Assembly (NCBI RefSeq): GCF_018350175.1
Contig: NC_058368.1
Coordinates: forward strand, 203,734,001-203,798,000
DNA length: 64,000 bases
DNA from: Felis catus
Lineage: Eukaryota
Direction: 5' to 3'
Shown here: in pieces, positions 26,592 through 38,634 of the stretch
Layout: the number at the start of each line of letters is the position of its first letter
Numbering within the stretch: the first letter of the stretch is position 1
Program-made: the position numbers and the translations under genes
Notes under the pieces: model-generated
Told to the model about the DNA's origin: nothing
Database searches by the model: none
What the model saw: the letters and a program-made list of their open reading frames with translations, nothing else

Positions 26592-27915
26592 AAAACAATT
26601 TTTAACACAACTGGAGAAAGTGGCTGCCTTTTGCACCAAGGAGAGGTGGCAGATCCAGATGCAGAAGCCAGATGGACAGATAACCCCAGAGCTGAACTCC
26701 ACAGTGGACAATCCACCAGCCACGTCCCAGGGAGCTATCCAGAGGTGCTGCCACAGACAAAACTAAAACCCAGCCAAGTTCCCTTTTTTGCCTCAGGGGC
26801 ACAGTAGAACTAGCTAAGGCTGTCCCTCTGCTGCCCCATTAATCCAAACAGGGAAAAATTAAAAACAATAGAACTGAGAAAAATATCTAGGGAGGAGGGG
26901 ACCAGAGGCAAAGTTTAAAAGTAAATAAAATTTGCTTTTGGTACTTCTTCCTATGCCTCAGGTGGTGACATGCCCTCCCCCTCACACTCCCAGGTCTACA
27001 TCCCGCCACTAAGGCACAGTGATTTCTTGCTCTACTCTCACCTCGCTTCTTCATCCATAACTGTCAGGTACCTTGACGCTTTAGTGCTTGGTGCCTACAA
27101 AATGACCTGCCTAGGTTAGATCTGTGCTTTTCTAGAAAGTTAATTTTCCCCTACTGTTCCCGAATACCCTTGCTCCTGTTCCCTTCCCTTCAGACTTGTT
27201 TCCGCGGCTTCCAGACAACAAAGAGCCTCCAGATAGTGGTTGGCTTGCCGTAGCTCAAGTCCAAAGATGCAGCACTGAGGTCTTTAGACTAAGAATGAGC
27301 CAAAAATTCAGTTCTCTCTGCTTTCCCCTGAAGAATGACCAAGGCCCTCTCACTGTTTGAATATCCGTAGAATCCAGATCCAGACCTAGAGTGTTGGGAA
27401 AGGCAACATTTACTCACCAGGGTTCCAGCCCCATCTAACTTAGCAGTTAGGGGCAATAGGGCAGGCCTCATCTTCATGGCAGATCTTCCTAAGCAGTTCA
27501 CACACACACATTAATATCCATACAACAGTCCCAAGGAGAAGGTGCTCTTTTGAAGATGGTCAAACAGAAAACTAGAGAAACTAATTTTTCCAGACTACTG
27601 CAGAGTTTAAGTAGCAGTAATGAGATTTCAAACCCAACTATTTCCCCTAAAGCCAATACTAATCCAATTCCCTCATTTAAAGTTTTAAAATGGATGGCCT
27701 AAATATATAAAACGGTCTTAAAAGAAACAACTATTTTAAGTATGTGTTGAATGTGTTTTCAAACACTGGAAGTTACAATATACATGAATTGTCAACAACA
27801 ACAACAAAAAAAGCTTACAAGAGTATGAGAGCCAAGGAGCCAAGACTAAAACCCAGTTCTCTCCGGGGTCCATGCTGCTTCTTAAATTTAATTAGCATGT
27901 TTAATTGAAAAATTA

Positions 27916-28515
27916 GCATTTTTATTTTCTTGTCATTGATGTATATTTTCTGGCTCATGGGAAGTGCTGACAATAGATTTGTTGATGACTCGTTTATGCT
28001 TCAATAATTTGATTTCGTATCATTAAATATCTATAGGAACTTTGAGTTGGAAAACTTGATTCCATTGGATTCTACTCTTTCAGGATGCTCAGCCTGCAGA
28101 ATTTGGTAATCATACAACATGGCCATTTGGTAAGAACATTAAAAGTCCCTGGGAACAGGGCATCAAAAAGTGCTAATCGAGATACTGCAGTCATGTGGCC
28201 ATCTGGAACCATGATAAATTAACTTCTGAGTCTCTGACAGAATGAGGGTGTGCAGCTCTGCCCGACGGGAAAACATGGCTATTGTGATGCTCTTTTCTCA
28301 AGGGCATGGGAATGCTACTTAACAGCTCCTCAACCATTTGTGAGAGATGGCATTACTTCTGCTCTCCGCAACTGACCGCAAGGAAGGCAGTCATCTTCAC
28401 GTGCTGTTTATTCCCCAGTATCCACATAAGCCATGCTGGATTGTTCCTTCATCACCCACGAGAACACGTTGCTCACGTGCAGTCCTTCCCTGCTCAAATC
28501 TGCATTGCCTTGTAA
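27916..28515 (+). pseudogene. Remnant of an intronless type IV collagen NC1 (C4)-like domain
   Basis: Landmarks occur in canonical order and near-canonical spacing: (G)FLFS(R)H, H-x3-IGTL, S(C)xx(R)F, NHTTWP, IKK(Y)xSR(C), VQLCPTG, L(W)..(Y)SFL, F(R)S, TC, (F/Y)WI, and terminal (R)C/QICIAL*. Compared by memory with COL4A NC1 motifs GFxxTRHSQ...HGQDLGTxGSCLxxF...IxP[YF]ISRC...CPxGWxSLWxGYSF...SRCQVCM. Confidence 0.6.
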
Positions 28516-30188
28516 AGTCCAATCCTCTCTAACTGCATCATGCTACGCACTATAAATCACATTTGCATCCCATTTGAAACCTAAACCACAATAGACACTA
28601 AAGAACAAAAGGAACCACAAGCCCAGCTTTTTTGACAAAACTCCCACACATTGATAATTAGAAGCACATAAATCTGTACATTGACGAGGTCTGAATCTCC
28701 TGCCATGCCTTACACTGTCTCACGGCCTCGTCCACTTTCCACACTCTGCCACCGAATCCCCTGGAAAACTAGGGAGGGCAAGAAGAGACTAACAAAAACT
28801 TTCGGGGGAGCAACAGACATGAGAACAAATAACATGAACTGCCTGACAAATTGTGCTGCTGAAGTCTGCATTTAGCCACCATTGAGACCTGTCTGGTACT
28901 TTCAAGGCATAGAAATCCCATTGTTAGAATACAGTATTTAAGTTGGTTTCTAAACAGCAAGTTCCTAACAGGTTAAGGTACATCTTTGGGTAAATAAGGC
29001 TTATTTGAGAAGTCCAAATTATTTTCAGAACTATGAAAAAATGATTTTGCCCCTAGCTTATATAAACAGCTCCCATGAACTGTGTGGGGTTTTCTGCATG
29101 TGTTTAATTATCCATCAAAATTCCATAGTTCTAAACTAGACCAAATTCCTTTACAATATGGTTCCTAAATTTAATTACCATTTAAGGTGCAAATCTAACA
29201 GAAAGTGAAAGGCCTTTTATTATGATGCAAAGCAGCTGATTCAGATTTGCTGCTGGAAACGGTTTTGTCTGTCCTGCATACGTAGGTATATCACACAGCC
29301 AACGGACTCTCTATTTCAGGATGGCAGAAATAGCCCCTTAGTAACTAGAGAAAACTAACATTACATCCCTTAAAAAAATCACTAAGAAAGCAGACCTGAC
29401 CATCGCAGAACGTCCTCCTCCAAGGAACAACATGGCTATTAGCACAGACAAACTTCTGTGTCTGCGTTGTCAGAAACAGCTTACATGCATAATGGTTTGA
29501 GAGAACAGGCGAATGAGTAGCTGGCTGGAAACAGTCTGGCAGCAAAAGCGGGATTTTAATTAGATTATCAGAGAGCTATTTGTTAAATTTTGGAATGCTG
29601 ATAAATTTTTAAAAGCCCTTCTAATCTGGAGATAATTACCTTCAATCATTAAACTTGTTCTTGATTAAGAATCTGAAAATGAGCCTGTTAAGCCTTCAGC
29701 AAAATAGTAAGCCCAATAAAACAGTGAAAATAATACTGCCAAGCTACCAGGAAACTCACACTGCTACTCCTCCTAGATTCTGCACAACTGGTGGAAATTA
29801 AACTAATGCTCGAAAAGAGACCAATGCATCTTGAATGAATTGTGACCTTGGGCAAGTTTTTGAGGCCTGCTTCAGAAAAATCAAAAGAAAGATTGATATT
29901 TGGATAAATCTTTGAAAAGTGCCCGTAGGACAGAATTTCCTTATGCTTCACGACAGAGGTGATAAACCAAACAAAGGATACATGGATTTAACTCCTCAGC
30001 ATAGGTTTTAGCTATCTGAGAAACTGCTCACAAAGAAAAAAAATGAGGACCAAATATATGTGCAAGATTGATAATCATCATTATACATGGTTGGGGATTC
30101 TAAGATACTACTTATAACTTTTCATCTGTAAGCTCTGACTTTAATTAGCAGGGAACTCACTCAGTGGATCCTTGAAAGTGATGTTGAT

Positions 30189-30372
30189 GGGGCACCTGGG
30201 TGGCTTGGTTGAGCATCTGACTTCGGCTCAGGTCATGATCTCACAGTTTGTGAGTTCAAGCCCCACATTGGGCTCTGTGCTGATAGTGCAGAGCCTGTTT
30301 GGGATTCTCTCTCTCTCTCTCTCTGCCCATTCTCCACTCTCACTCTCTCTCTCAAAATAAATAAACTTTAAA
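30189..30372 (+). mobile_element. Can-SINE
   Basis: TSD aaagtgatgttgat at 30175-30188 and 30373-30386. Confidence 0.93.
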
Positions 30373-30789
30373 AAAGTGATGTTGATTTCTTCTCCATTGT
30401 TTCAAAACCAAAAGATGGCACTACTGAATGCTGTTAAATGGTAATGACCCCTTAAGATTTTATTACAAACACAATGCTTCTTTTTCTGATATCTTAAGAA
30501 TTATTACTGCTGGCCTAACAGTCATTATCACAGGTAAAAGGCAAGTGTTACTAATTTTCTTATTACATAGTAAGAGAAACCAGGTATACAAGAATCGGAC
30601 TTTTACAAGGTTTCCCACTAAGTTTAATGGTGAAATTTAATGAAAACCACATCCTGCCAATATCTAAACTAACCTGGGTTTGGAACCAGTGGATGCTGTT
30701 TTAACTCAGACCATAAACAGACTATTTACTAAGTTGTCACTAAAATTATTTGCTGCCAGAAATAGTTTACAAAGACCCAATGGCCTGGG

Positions 30790-31172
30790 CACACATTTAT
30801 TCTATAAATTGAGCACCTTACAATGCGCCAGGCATTGTGCTAAACTCCGGGAGTACAATCGATGAAAGAAAAAAACACGTACCTGTGTTCTTTAAGTTTT
30901 ATTTCAGTGTAGGAAATGGACACAAAGCCACTAATAAATAAAGTAATCCCACATTATTGCAAGCATTAAGGAAGGCACCAAATCTCAGCTGGGGCAGTAA
31001 CAACTCCCTAGGAAGCATCATGGGTTGTCCGATGACTTGAGGGGCTACCAGTATTTAGCATGGGGACCAAGGGTGTTACTCCAAGATTTGTATGGGAGTG
31101 TAGGGGTTGAAGTCCCACAAAACAAAGATCTATCCTCTCCAAAGAGCCAACAGTGCTCCACTGAGAAATAAC
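30790..31172. mobile_element. L2 3' fragment followed by a MER20-like hAT fragment
   Basis: ttgagcacctta...gccaggcattgtgcta (L2); cccacaaaacaaagatctatcc...cagtgctccactgagaaa (MER20-like end). Confidence 0.6.
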
Positions 31173-33855
31173 ATGCTGAATTATCTACCATAGTCGACAC
31201 CACATTTCAATATCCCTACTATGGGCAAATTATTGAACTGGGCTATAGAAAAGAAATAGAAAAATGCTATCTGCTCCCAGTGGACCTGGTCTAGGAGCTA
31301 AATTATATAAACATGTAATACCTGGAGAAGAAGAAGACAGGTTAACAAATGCTGTACCACATTAATAAAGCATGTGCTGGTTTAGAATAGCTTGACGAGA
31401 TATTGAAGAAAGGGGGAAATTCAGCCAAAGTTTAAAAAGAGGGCAATGAACTGGCATATATGAGGAGACAGGTGCTTTCCAAAGCAAAGGAAGAGACCTG
31501 CAAAAAAAAGACATCAAGTCCAGTCCTTAGATAGTTAATCTAACAGGGGTGTGGTAACTATCTGTAAATACAAACTAAATCCAACACAACACAAGCACTG
31601 GAGTTTGTGTGGTTTTTTTGTTGTTGTTGTTGTTTTTTTGGATATACATTCCCCTACTTTCAACCTGTTTTGCCATATATTAAGGTGACCTCTGTTTCAA
31701 AGTACCCAATATTATTTCTGTTGTTCTTACTATTCCATTTTTCCTCATTTTTAAGTGTTCTTCAAATGCCTTTGATTCTGCTTGTTTAAGGCCATGAAGG
31801 CTAGTTAATAGACTTTATTAACTTTCATATAAATGGTCACCAGGCCAGCTCATACACACATCCTCTGCAATAGATTTCAACTGCAAATGACTGCAGGAGG
31901 CGAGTTCTTTCACAGCCATTAAAATTCTTGAGCAATCTAAGAAACAAAAATTAAGACTTTTTTCCAAGGGCTGACAGTAAAGTAAGAAATCATCGATACT
32001 GGAAGAGGATTATTTAGACAACAAAAAAAGCATTTTTGTGCAATGTTACAAATACCTCTCCCTTTCATGGCCAAATTCTCAGGGCTTTTACATTGAGTCT
32101 TTCCTGTGGTTACCCAGTGAAATCCTCTACTGGATAGGATATGCCACATTTCAGTTCACACAAGAGGACTCGGAGCACTGGCCAAAAATTGGGGTTTGGA
32201 AGTCCCCCATTATGTGGTCAATCAATGGTTTATGGAAGGAAAATTCAAAGGTATTTAAATTACATGTAACACAGATGCTCTAAACCACTAAGACTGCTTA
32301 GCAAGCCACACACACACACAAAAGATATGTTTGTTACAAACCAGTTTAGAAGTGGATCTGAAAATAATGATACTATACTAAGATTCTTAAGTAAACATTT
32401 ACTTAAGTTTTATAAGGAACTAAGCCAAAACGTTTGTGCTTATATACGTAAGGATGGTCAGGTTCTCTAGGATTTGCTGGGATTTGTTACATCTTTTACT
32501 TAATTTTTTGACGATTTTTTTGACGGGAACTTTCTTTCTGCACTATAGAAAAGTGAATGACCTTTAAGGAACATATGACATATTGTCTGGGAGCAGGCTG
32601 AAATGAAAAATAGGAAAACCTAAGAAAGTAGAGGTAAGATGGGCTTTTTAAATGGAGCCATTCAGTCACTGGCTTGCTGCCCATTCAGGACCTGGAAAGA
32701 CATCTTGAAACTTTTAAATACCATAATTTTCAGCTGTAAGGAATTCTCTCCATGTTATCAATGGACTGGGGAAAAAAGTATTCTTTTATAGATTTCCAGA
32801 CCCAAGGTTAAAATGCATTTTAGGAGATGTTTATTTGAAAAGTATTTTGCTGCTTTCCTACACAATCCAGTTCAAGTAAGATGAGGTCAAATGGAGTTCA
32901 GATGAGATTGTACCATTAAATTGTAACAATGGGGCAAACACCAAACTTCTCCAACAAGGTGACAGTACGCTGTTGCACAGAGGTATTTTCTATAAATAGT
33001 TTATTAGTGTAATTTCACTTGAAACTCTTTAAATATCTCAATTGTCCACTAACCACATGACAAGACAATTGAATTTCAAAATGCTTTTGACTCCAAGAAT
33101 TTTGACTCAGCATCATTTCCATAGCCGAGTAGGTTTTTGGTGCTGTAGAAGAGAAAGGAGGTCATAAATATTGAAAACCTTCTTGAATATATTTATTCTG
33201 CAAGGACAATTTATTCAGCTTAAAGTGATGCCAAGGTAGGGTCTTGTTTAGCCAGGGATTCATAGGATGAAAATTCTGTTGCAATTTTTTTCATCCTAAA
33301 TAACATGGCCCGTTCCCTTTACTGTGGCTTAACCAATAATTTAGTAACTGCAGCTATAGTTAGCCCTTGTACAGCTTGTAACAGATTCAAGGATAAGGAT
33401 GTCAGGCCAAAATGGCTAAGAGATAAGTAGGAATCAGGGCAAATAATGGGCATGACAGAGGGCGAGAGCCAGATGAGGCTTCAAATGATGGAGCTGGACA
33501 TCTGAACGAGGTGAACAGTGCGGAGGGCAGGAGCAGTAGTACCAACCAGGCAAGCATGAGTCTTTGGAACCTAGGATGACCAGAAAGGACTCATCAAACC
33601 AAAGAGGATGCCAAGAAGCCTCAACACCAAGAACAAATAAAGAGCGTAGAGTACAAAGAACTGTCTAGCAACCTGGAAACCACTTTTCACACATCCTATG
33701 CAACAAACCGTCAAATATCATTGGTTCTACCTTCAAAATATATGCAGAATAGGCTACTACTGCCCACCTGGCCCAAGCCTCAATTTTTACCCTTATCTAT
33801 AATGTAATCCCAACACAGAAGCTAGAAACATTTTTTTAAAATTCAAGTCAGCTTA

Positions 33856-34034
33856 GGGGCACCTGAGGCTCAGTCAGTTTAGCGTCCAACTTCAGCTCCG
33901 GTCATGATCTCACAGTTCGTGGATTCAACCCCCACGTTGGGCTTTGTGCTGACAGCTCAGAGCCTGGGGCCTGCCTCAGATTCTGTGTCTACCTCTCTCT
34001 CTACTCCTCCCCACTTCATGCTGTCTGTCTGTCC

Positions 34035-34069
<35 letters not shown>

Positions 34070-34090
34070 AAATAAACAAACGTTTAAAAA
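33856..34090 (+). mobile_element. Can-SINE
   Basis: Head, (CT)n and tail; degenerate TSD aaat(t/g)caagtcag(c/g)tta. Confidence 0.92.
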
Positions 34091-34510
34091 AATGCAAGTC
34101 AGGTTAAATCACTCCTCTGTTCCAAACTCTACATCAGCTCCCCATCTTACACAGCATAAAACCCAAAGTCCTATAGTAGCTGATAAGGCCCTATGTGATT
34201 GCACCCCTTCCCATTAACTCTCTGAATTGATATGCTTTTTCACTGTCCTCTCTGATAACTCCAGGCACTGGCCTCCCAGCTGTGTCTAGCATGCTCCCAC
34301 AGTGGGCTTTTCTCTGGCTCTTCCTTCTGCTTGCAATACTCTTTCCTCGATAACCTCGACTCACCCCTCATCTTTTCAAAGTCTTTGCTCAAAACTTACC
34401 TACCCAATGAGGGCTACTGAAAACTTTTCCCTTCCTCACACCCCCATACTCCCGCGGGCTCCTAATCCCCTTAACCTCTAATTTTCCTTCTGTCCAAACA
34501 CTTATCTTCT

Positions 34511-34735
34511 TTTTTTTTAAAGTTTTTTTTTTTCAACGTTTATTTATTTTTGGGACAGAGAGAGACAGAGCATGAACAGGGGAGGGTCAGAGAGAGGGAG
34601 ACACAGAATCGGAAACAGGCTCCAGGCTCCAAGCCATCAGCCCAGAGCCTGACGCGGGGCTCGAACTCACGGACCGCGAGATCGTGACCTGGCTGAAGTC
34701 GGACGCTTAACCGACTACGCCACCCAGGCGCCCCT
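34511..34735 (-). mobile_element. Young felid Can-SINE
   Basis: CpG-rich consensus-like body; TSD aaacacttatcttct at 34496-34510 and 34736-34750. Confidence 0.95.
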
Positions 34736-36104
34736 AAACACTTATCTTCTAACATGCATCACAACTGGCATATTAATCATGTTTCCTGTTCATTTTCTAT
34801 CTCTTCTCACCAGAATGTAAACACTAGGACAGGAATCTTTATTTTTACAAATTGATTTATCCCAAGCACTTAGAATAGCATCTAGCACAGAAAAGCATCT
34901 AGCACAGAAAAGCCCACAAACAAAATAATTTTTTGCATAGAAATTTTTAAGTCACTTATTAGCTCAGCATTTTAACCAGGCTTTGTAATTATCCATCATG
35001 AAAAACTCTTTGCCCCAATTTAGTGTGGTATTTAAGATTCTAGATAAGAATGTTCTTGTGAAGAAAATCCTTTTAAGCTACTGAATGTTCTCCTTTCTAA
35101 ACTTGTTTTTACTGAGTCATAGTCATTCTCTTTGGAAATTCTTACTAAACATTTGTAATGGTGACAACTAACATTTGTGTAGCAATTTATGGCTTTGTAA
35201 CACTTTTTATGCACGTGAATTCATTTTCTTCAATAAAGAGAAATTACTGTTGCCAGAAGATTTTTTTTAGTTCCTTGGTTTAAACAAAATATATATTTGA
35301 ATTACATTTTTAGAGATTATAAACATGTAAGTTTTATTATTCATCAATTCATGGTTACTTAAAGAACGTGACATGGTAACAGTTGCCCACACTTAACATA
35401 TGCTTCTATTTATATTATTTTGTAAAATATTTGTAGGATTAAATCACCAGGGCAAATAATACCATAGCTATAAGTAGGTTAATTTTCTTTGCTCAGCTGA
35501 AAGTATGTTCAGTCATAGCACTGAGATTACTTTTCTACATTCCTATTTTACACTTGATTAACTATCATGTGCATGTTGTTGTACAGATTCCTAACTCATT
35601 TAAACATTTCAGCACAAATGTACACCTAATTAAGTTTCCATCTCAAAAGATAGCCTGAGTAACAGCTATAACTGACAATGTATATAAACCATAAAGCAAA
35701 TATTAATTTCTAAATGACGCTTTGATGAAAAGTAAATTCCTCCCCTTCAGGGAAATATAAACCCTTAAACAACTTCTAAGAAACTATATGGGCAGTAGCA
35801 GGAGTTGATGACGTTACAAATGAAGCTACACATGCTTTTTTGTCTATCTTTGGTTAAATCTCTCTTTTAGGCAGCTGGCTAGCCTGAGCCATTTGCCCCC
35901 AATAGAATTAATAAGCTATAACTGTTCCAGACAACCACAAAAAAATAATAGTAATAATCCCTATGAAGATACTTTTTTTGCTATTTAAACAAAAGACTCA
36001 TAGTAAAAATCACAAACAATTTAAGGTTTTCTCAAAACCTTTCTCAAAACCTATAAAGCTCTGAAGATAAGTTTTCTGTTGTTGTTCATTTCAAATAAAA
36101 GCCT

Positions 36105-36530
36105 GCAAGGTAACAAGAGCTAAAAAGCATTTGAACAAACTTTGTATCTCACTAGTAGTCAAAGAAATGCAAATCAAAACAGGATACCAGTCTTCAATTC
36201 AGTGATAATACCCAAGGCTACTCAGGGGGGCAAACTTTAGGTTGCTGGTAAAAATCTAAATTGGTATAACCTTTCTAGTAAACTAATTTGTAATATATAC
36301 CAAGGACTTCATAAATATGTGTATATTTCCAATTTGGAGGACTGATTCTGAAAAATAATCTGAAATGCAATAAAAAAAATGCAATATCCTCTCAAAGATG
36401 TTTATTACATTAATTGAAGTCACAAAATTATAAGTGAACTATTGTCCAATATAGGAGATTACTTAAATTCATTAAGGTATATTCAAGTGTTATTTGGCCA
36501 TTCAGCTTAATGTGCATAGAGTTTTACATA
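36105..36530 (+). mobile_element. Old L1ME fragment
   Basis: tctcactagtagtcaaagaaatgcaaatcaaaac...ttgctggtaaaaatctaaattggtataaccttt. Confidence 0.6.
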
Positions 36531-37395
36531 GCTTGATAAAGCTAGGACTTCCAGGAAACACAGTAACAAACTAAGGCTTATAACACCCCCTAACAGAAAC
36601 TGAAAATCCAAAACAAAATTTTAAGGGAAAGAAAAAATACTTCATCATAAGAGATACTGAAGAATTACGTCAATTATATATTTTACCCTTTGAAGTGCGT
36701 TTTCCATATCTAGCACAAATTGCCAAATTGCCTTTCTCAAAGACTATGATGTAGCATTTCAGAAAATATGTCAAAGAAAATGTGTTGAATCTCAGTAATA
36801 TGCCCCAATCTAGAGCGAGTAAGGATGAAAGCCTAGATAAATAACAGCAGGAACCACAAAGCATATTTAGAAGAGAAAGCAGAGCCAAAATGCCCTGGAT
36901 TTCTTTGACCCAGCTCCTGGATATCTATTTTGGTTCCTCCTACAGGAAAGAAACTCAGCCCCTAATCTGAAAATGTGTTGTCTGGAGGCCAGGGAAGGGA
37001 CAGACGAGGGTAGGAAGAGTCTACTTAGACCCAATGACACATTTGAGGCCAACTGTATCAAAAGCTGCATCAAGAAAAAGAGTACCCATGGCTCATCAGT
37101 CAAAACCACAATGGCAGTGTAATGTTCCCTAACTTGAGTTAATATCGCCATGATAAATTCATCTCAAAAAAGGAGAGCAATCACAAATTTCTCACGAAGA
37201 CATCCCTATCTCCTTAAGCCACTGCTTAGTCAAATTCCTTGAGTTTAGTGGAGTTTGTCCATACTACAGTGATATCAACATTACTCCTGTGATCCATTCA
37301 GGCAGATAAATGACCATTAGTGATCATTTAAACCTGTATCACCAGTGCTCTAGGTTGAGTTCTAAGGAGGAAGGATCTAAAGAACACCTACAAGC

Positions 37396-38195
37396 AGGGC
37401 CAGGTACATAATTTGTAGAGCCCAGTGCAGAAGGAAAATGTGGGATTGTGTTCAAAAGGGAGGAGGAAAGTGTCATTAGAGGTACTAAAATATAAAACAC
37501 TTTCTATTCTTCTATGCTCTCTCTCAAACTGTATCATGATGGGTTATTATTATTATTATTTGTATTTAATATCATGCTTCCTGGAGCTCAAGGATCCATG
37601 CTAGCTTAGACCCTCAAAGGCCCCTGGGGAACTCAGCCCCATGCCTCCTCATGCATGGTCTATTTACTGCTGGATTTCCCTGCTCTGCCAACTGCCCAAC
37701 CAACATGCTGTGCTCCAGCCTAGCACAGAGAAGTCCATCTTCCCCTTTCCAGAGGGGAAGATGCCATCTTAACCCATTGCAGACAGTGATTCAAAGTGAC
37801 TATAATTTCTACATGGGGATGCACTAGGTATCTGGATTAGAGTTGGTCAAGAAGTTCATCCTGCTAAATTGCTCCCCAAACATGAAGCTGCTAGTTTGAT
37901 CAGGGTCAAGCACTTCCATTCCCCAGGCCCAGAGGCCACACCATATGCACCACCTGACTCTGGCCTGACCTTGACCTTCTCCAAGGAGGAGGGAGCAGGT
38001 GACCAAGATAGGGAAGCCCAGATCCATGAGCTGAAGTTTCATGTGTGCTTTATGGTCCCAATGAACTTCACTTACACAACACAAATTCACAGACAAAATC
38101 AGGAATATCAAGAGGACAAGCGTAGAGCATTAAACCTAAACTCTCCTGAACATGAAATTATGGCACTTGTCACAAGCCCACAAAGTTGGTCATAC
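37396..38195. mobile_element. hAT non-autonomous element (MER45B/R-like)
   Basis: Begins cagggccaggtacataatttgtagagcccagtgca and ends ...gtagagcattaaacc...aagttggtca, matching MER45 termini as I recall them. Confidence 0.7.
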
Positions 38196-38634
38196 CAATA
38201 GGAATAGTCCAGAGAGCTAAGAAAAGGCAACATAAGATCCTGGGGAAAGTATCAAGCCTTTGAAGGCTTCCCTCAATGACAAAACAAACAATAAAAAAAT
38301 GTGGCAACTATCGGAAAAGGAAAAAGAAAAAAAGAAAAAGAAGATAGGTAGGTAACATGTAAAAGTTACATTTGGTCCTATGTTGAAGTATCTTTCCTCC
38401 TAGAAAAAGGGAAAACATGTTAGATCACAACTGCACTGAACTGTTAAACAAGATAAGAGGCAATAAATAACATAACAGTAAACTAAAATGTCAAACAGTT
38501 AAGTGAAGGAGCAATGCATGAGCAATTTTTTTAAGTATTTAGAAGATAACAGGAAAAAAAACCCAGAAAAATGAGTATCACAGATTCAAAGTCAAAGTCT
38601 TGAGGAAAGCAGACTGCAAAGAAAGGGAATAGAT

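Larger units (their letters stand above)
24985..27890 (+). pseudogene. Decayed collagen Gly-X-Y segment leading into the NC1-like domain
   Basis: GKL-GKM-(G)CI near 25030; GRK-(G)FF near 25113; GES-GCL-xHQ-GEV-(G)DP-(G)AE-(G)RW at 26613-26675; GTR-GKV near 26900; (G)FR-GFQ near 27200; GAI-GQA near 27450; xSP-GSM near 27860. Confidence 0.85.
28590..33685 (+). pseudogene. Decayed collagen Gly-X-Y segment immediately downstream of the NC1-like domain
   Basis: (G)TK-(G)QK-(G)PQ-(G)QL at 28594-28629; (G)SP-GKL-GRA-(G)RD at 28754-28789; GDK-xNK-GY near 29958; (G)KP-GIQ...GFP...GEI at 30575-30637; GWS-GSL-GFA-GIC at 32452-32487; GAV-(G)EK-GGH near 33140. Confidence 0.85.
33690..34920. mobile_element. 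L2 LINE fragment split by two SINEs
   Basis: ttctaccttcaaaatatat...cactcctctgttccaaa...aaagtcctatagtagctgataaggccct...gaatgtaaac...cccaagcacttagaatag. Confidence 0.75.
34950..38634 (+). pseudogene. Decayed collagen Gly-X-Y segment, interrupted by L1ME and MER45
   Basis: (G)VA-GVD-(G)VT near 35792; GLP-GNT at 36545; GGQ-GRD...GRK-(G)LL-(G)PN-(G)TF at 36984-37044; (G)TH-GSS-(G)KT near 37081; xDP-GES...GFP at 38233-38273. Confidence 0.85.

Noticed and set aside
28084..28129. Possible live 46-nt exon (tttcag|GATGCT...CATTTG|gtaaga)
   Set aside because: No partner exons were found. The sequence lies within the continuous NC1-like frame, so the splice-like motifs are probably incidental.
29055..29300. 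TATA box (TATATAAA near 29060) plus a decayed signal-peptide-like stretch as the start of a second gene
   Set aside because: Gly-X-Y sequence is already present upstream at 28594-28830, and such motifs are common by chance in AT-rich DNA. It is not fully excluded.
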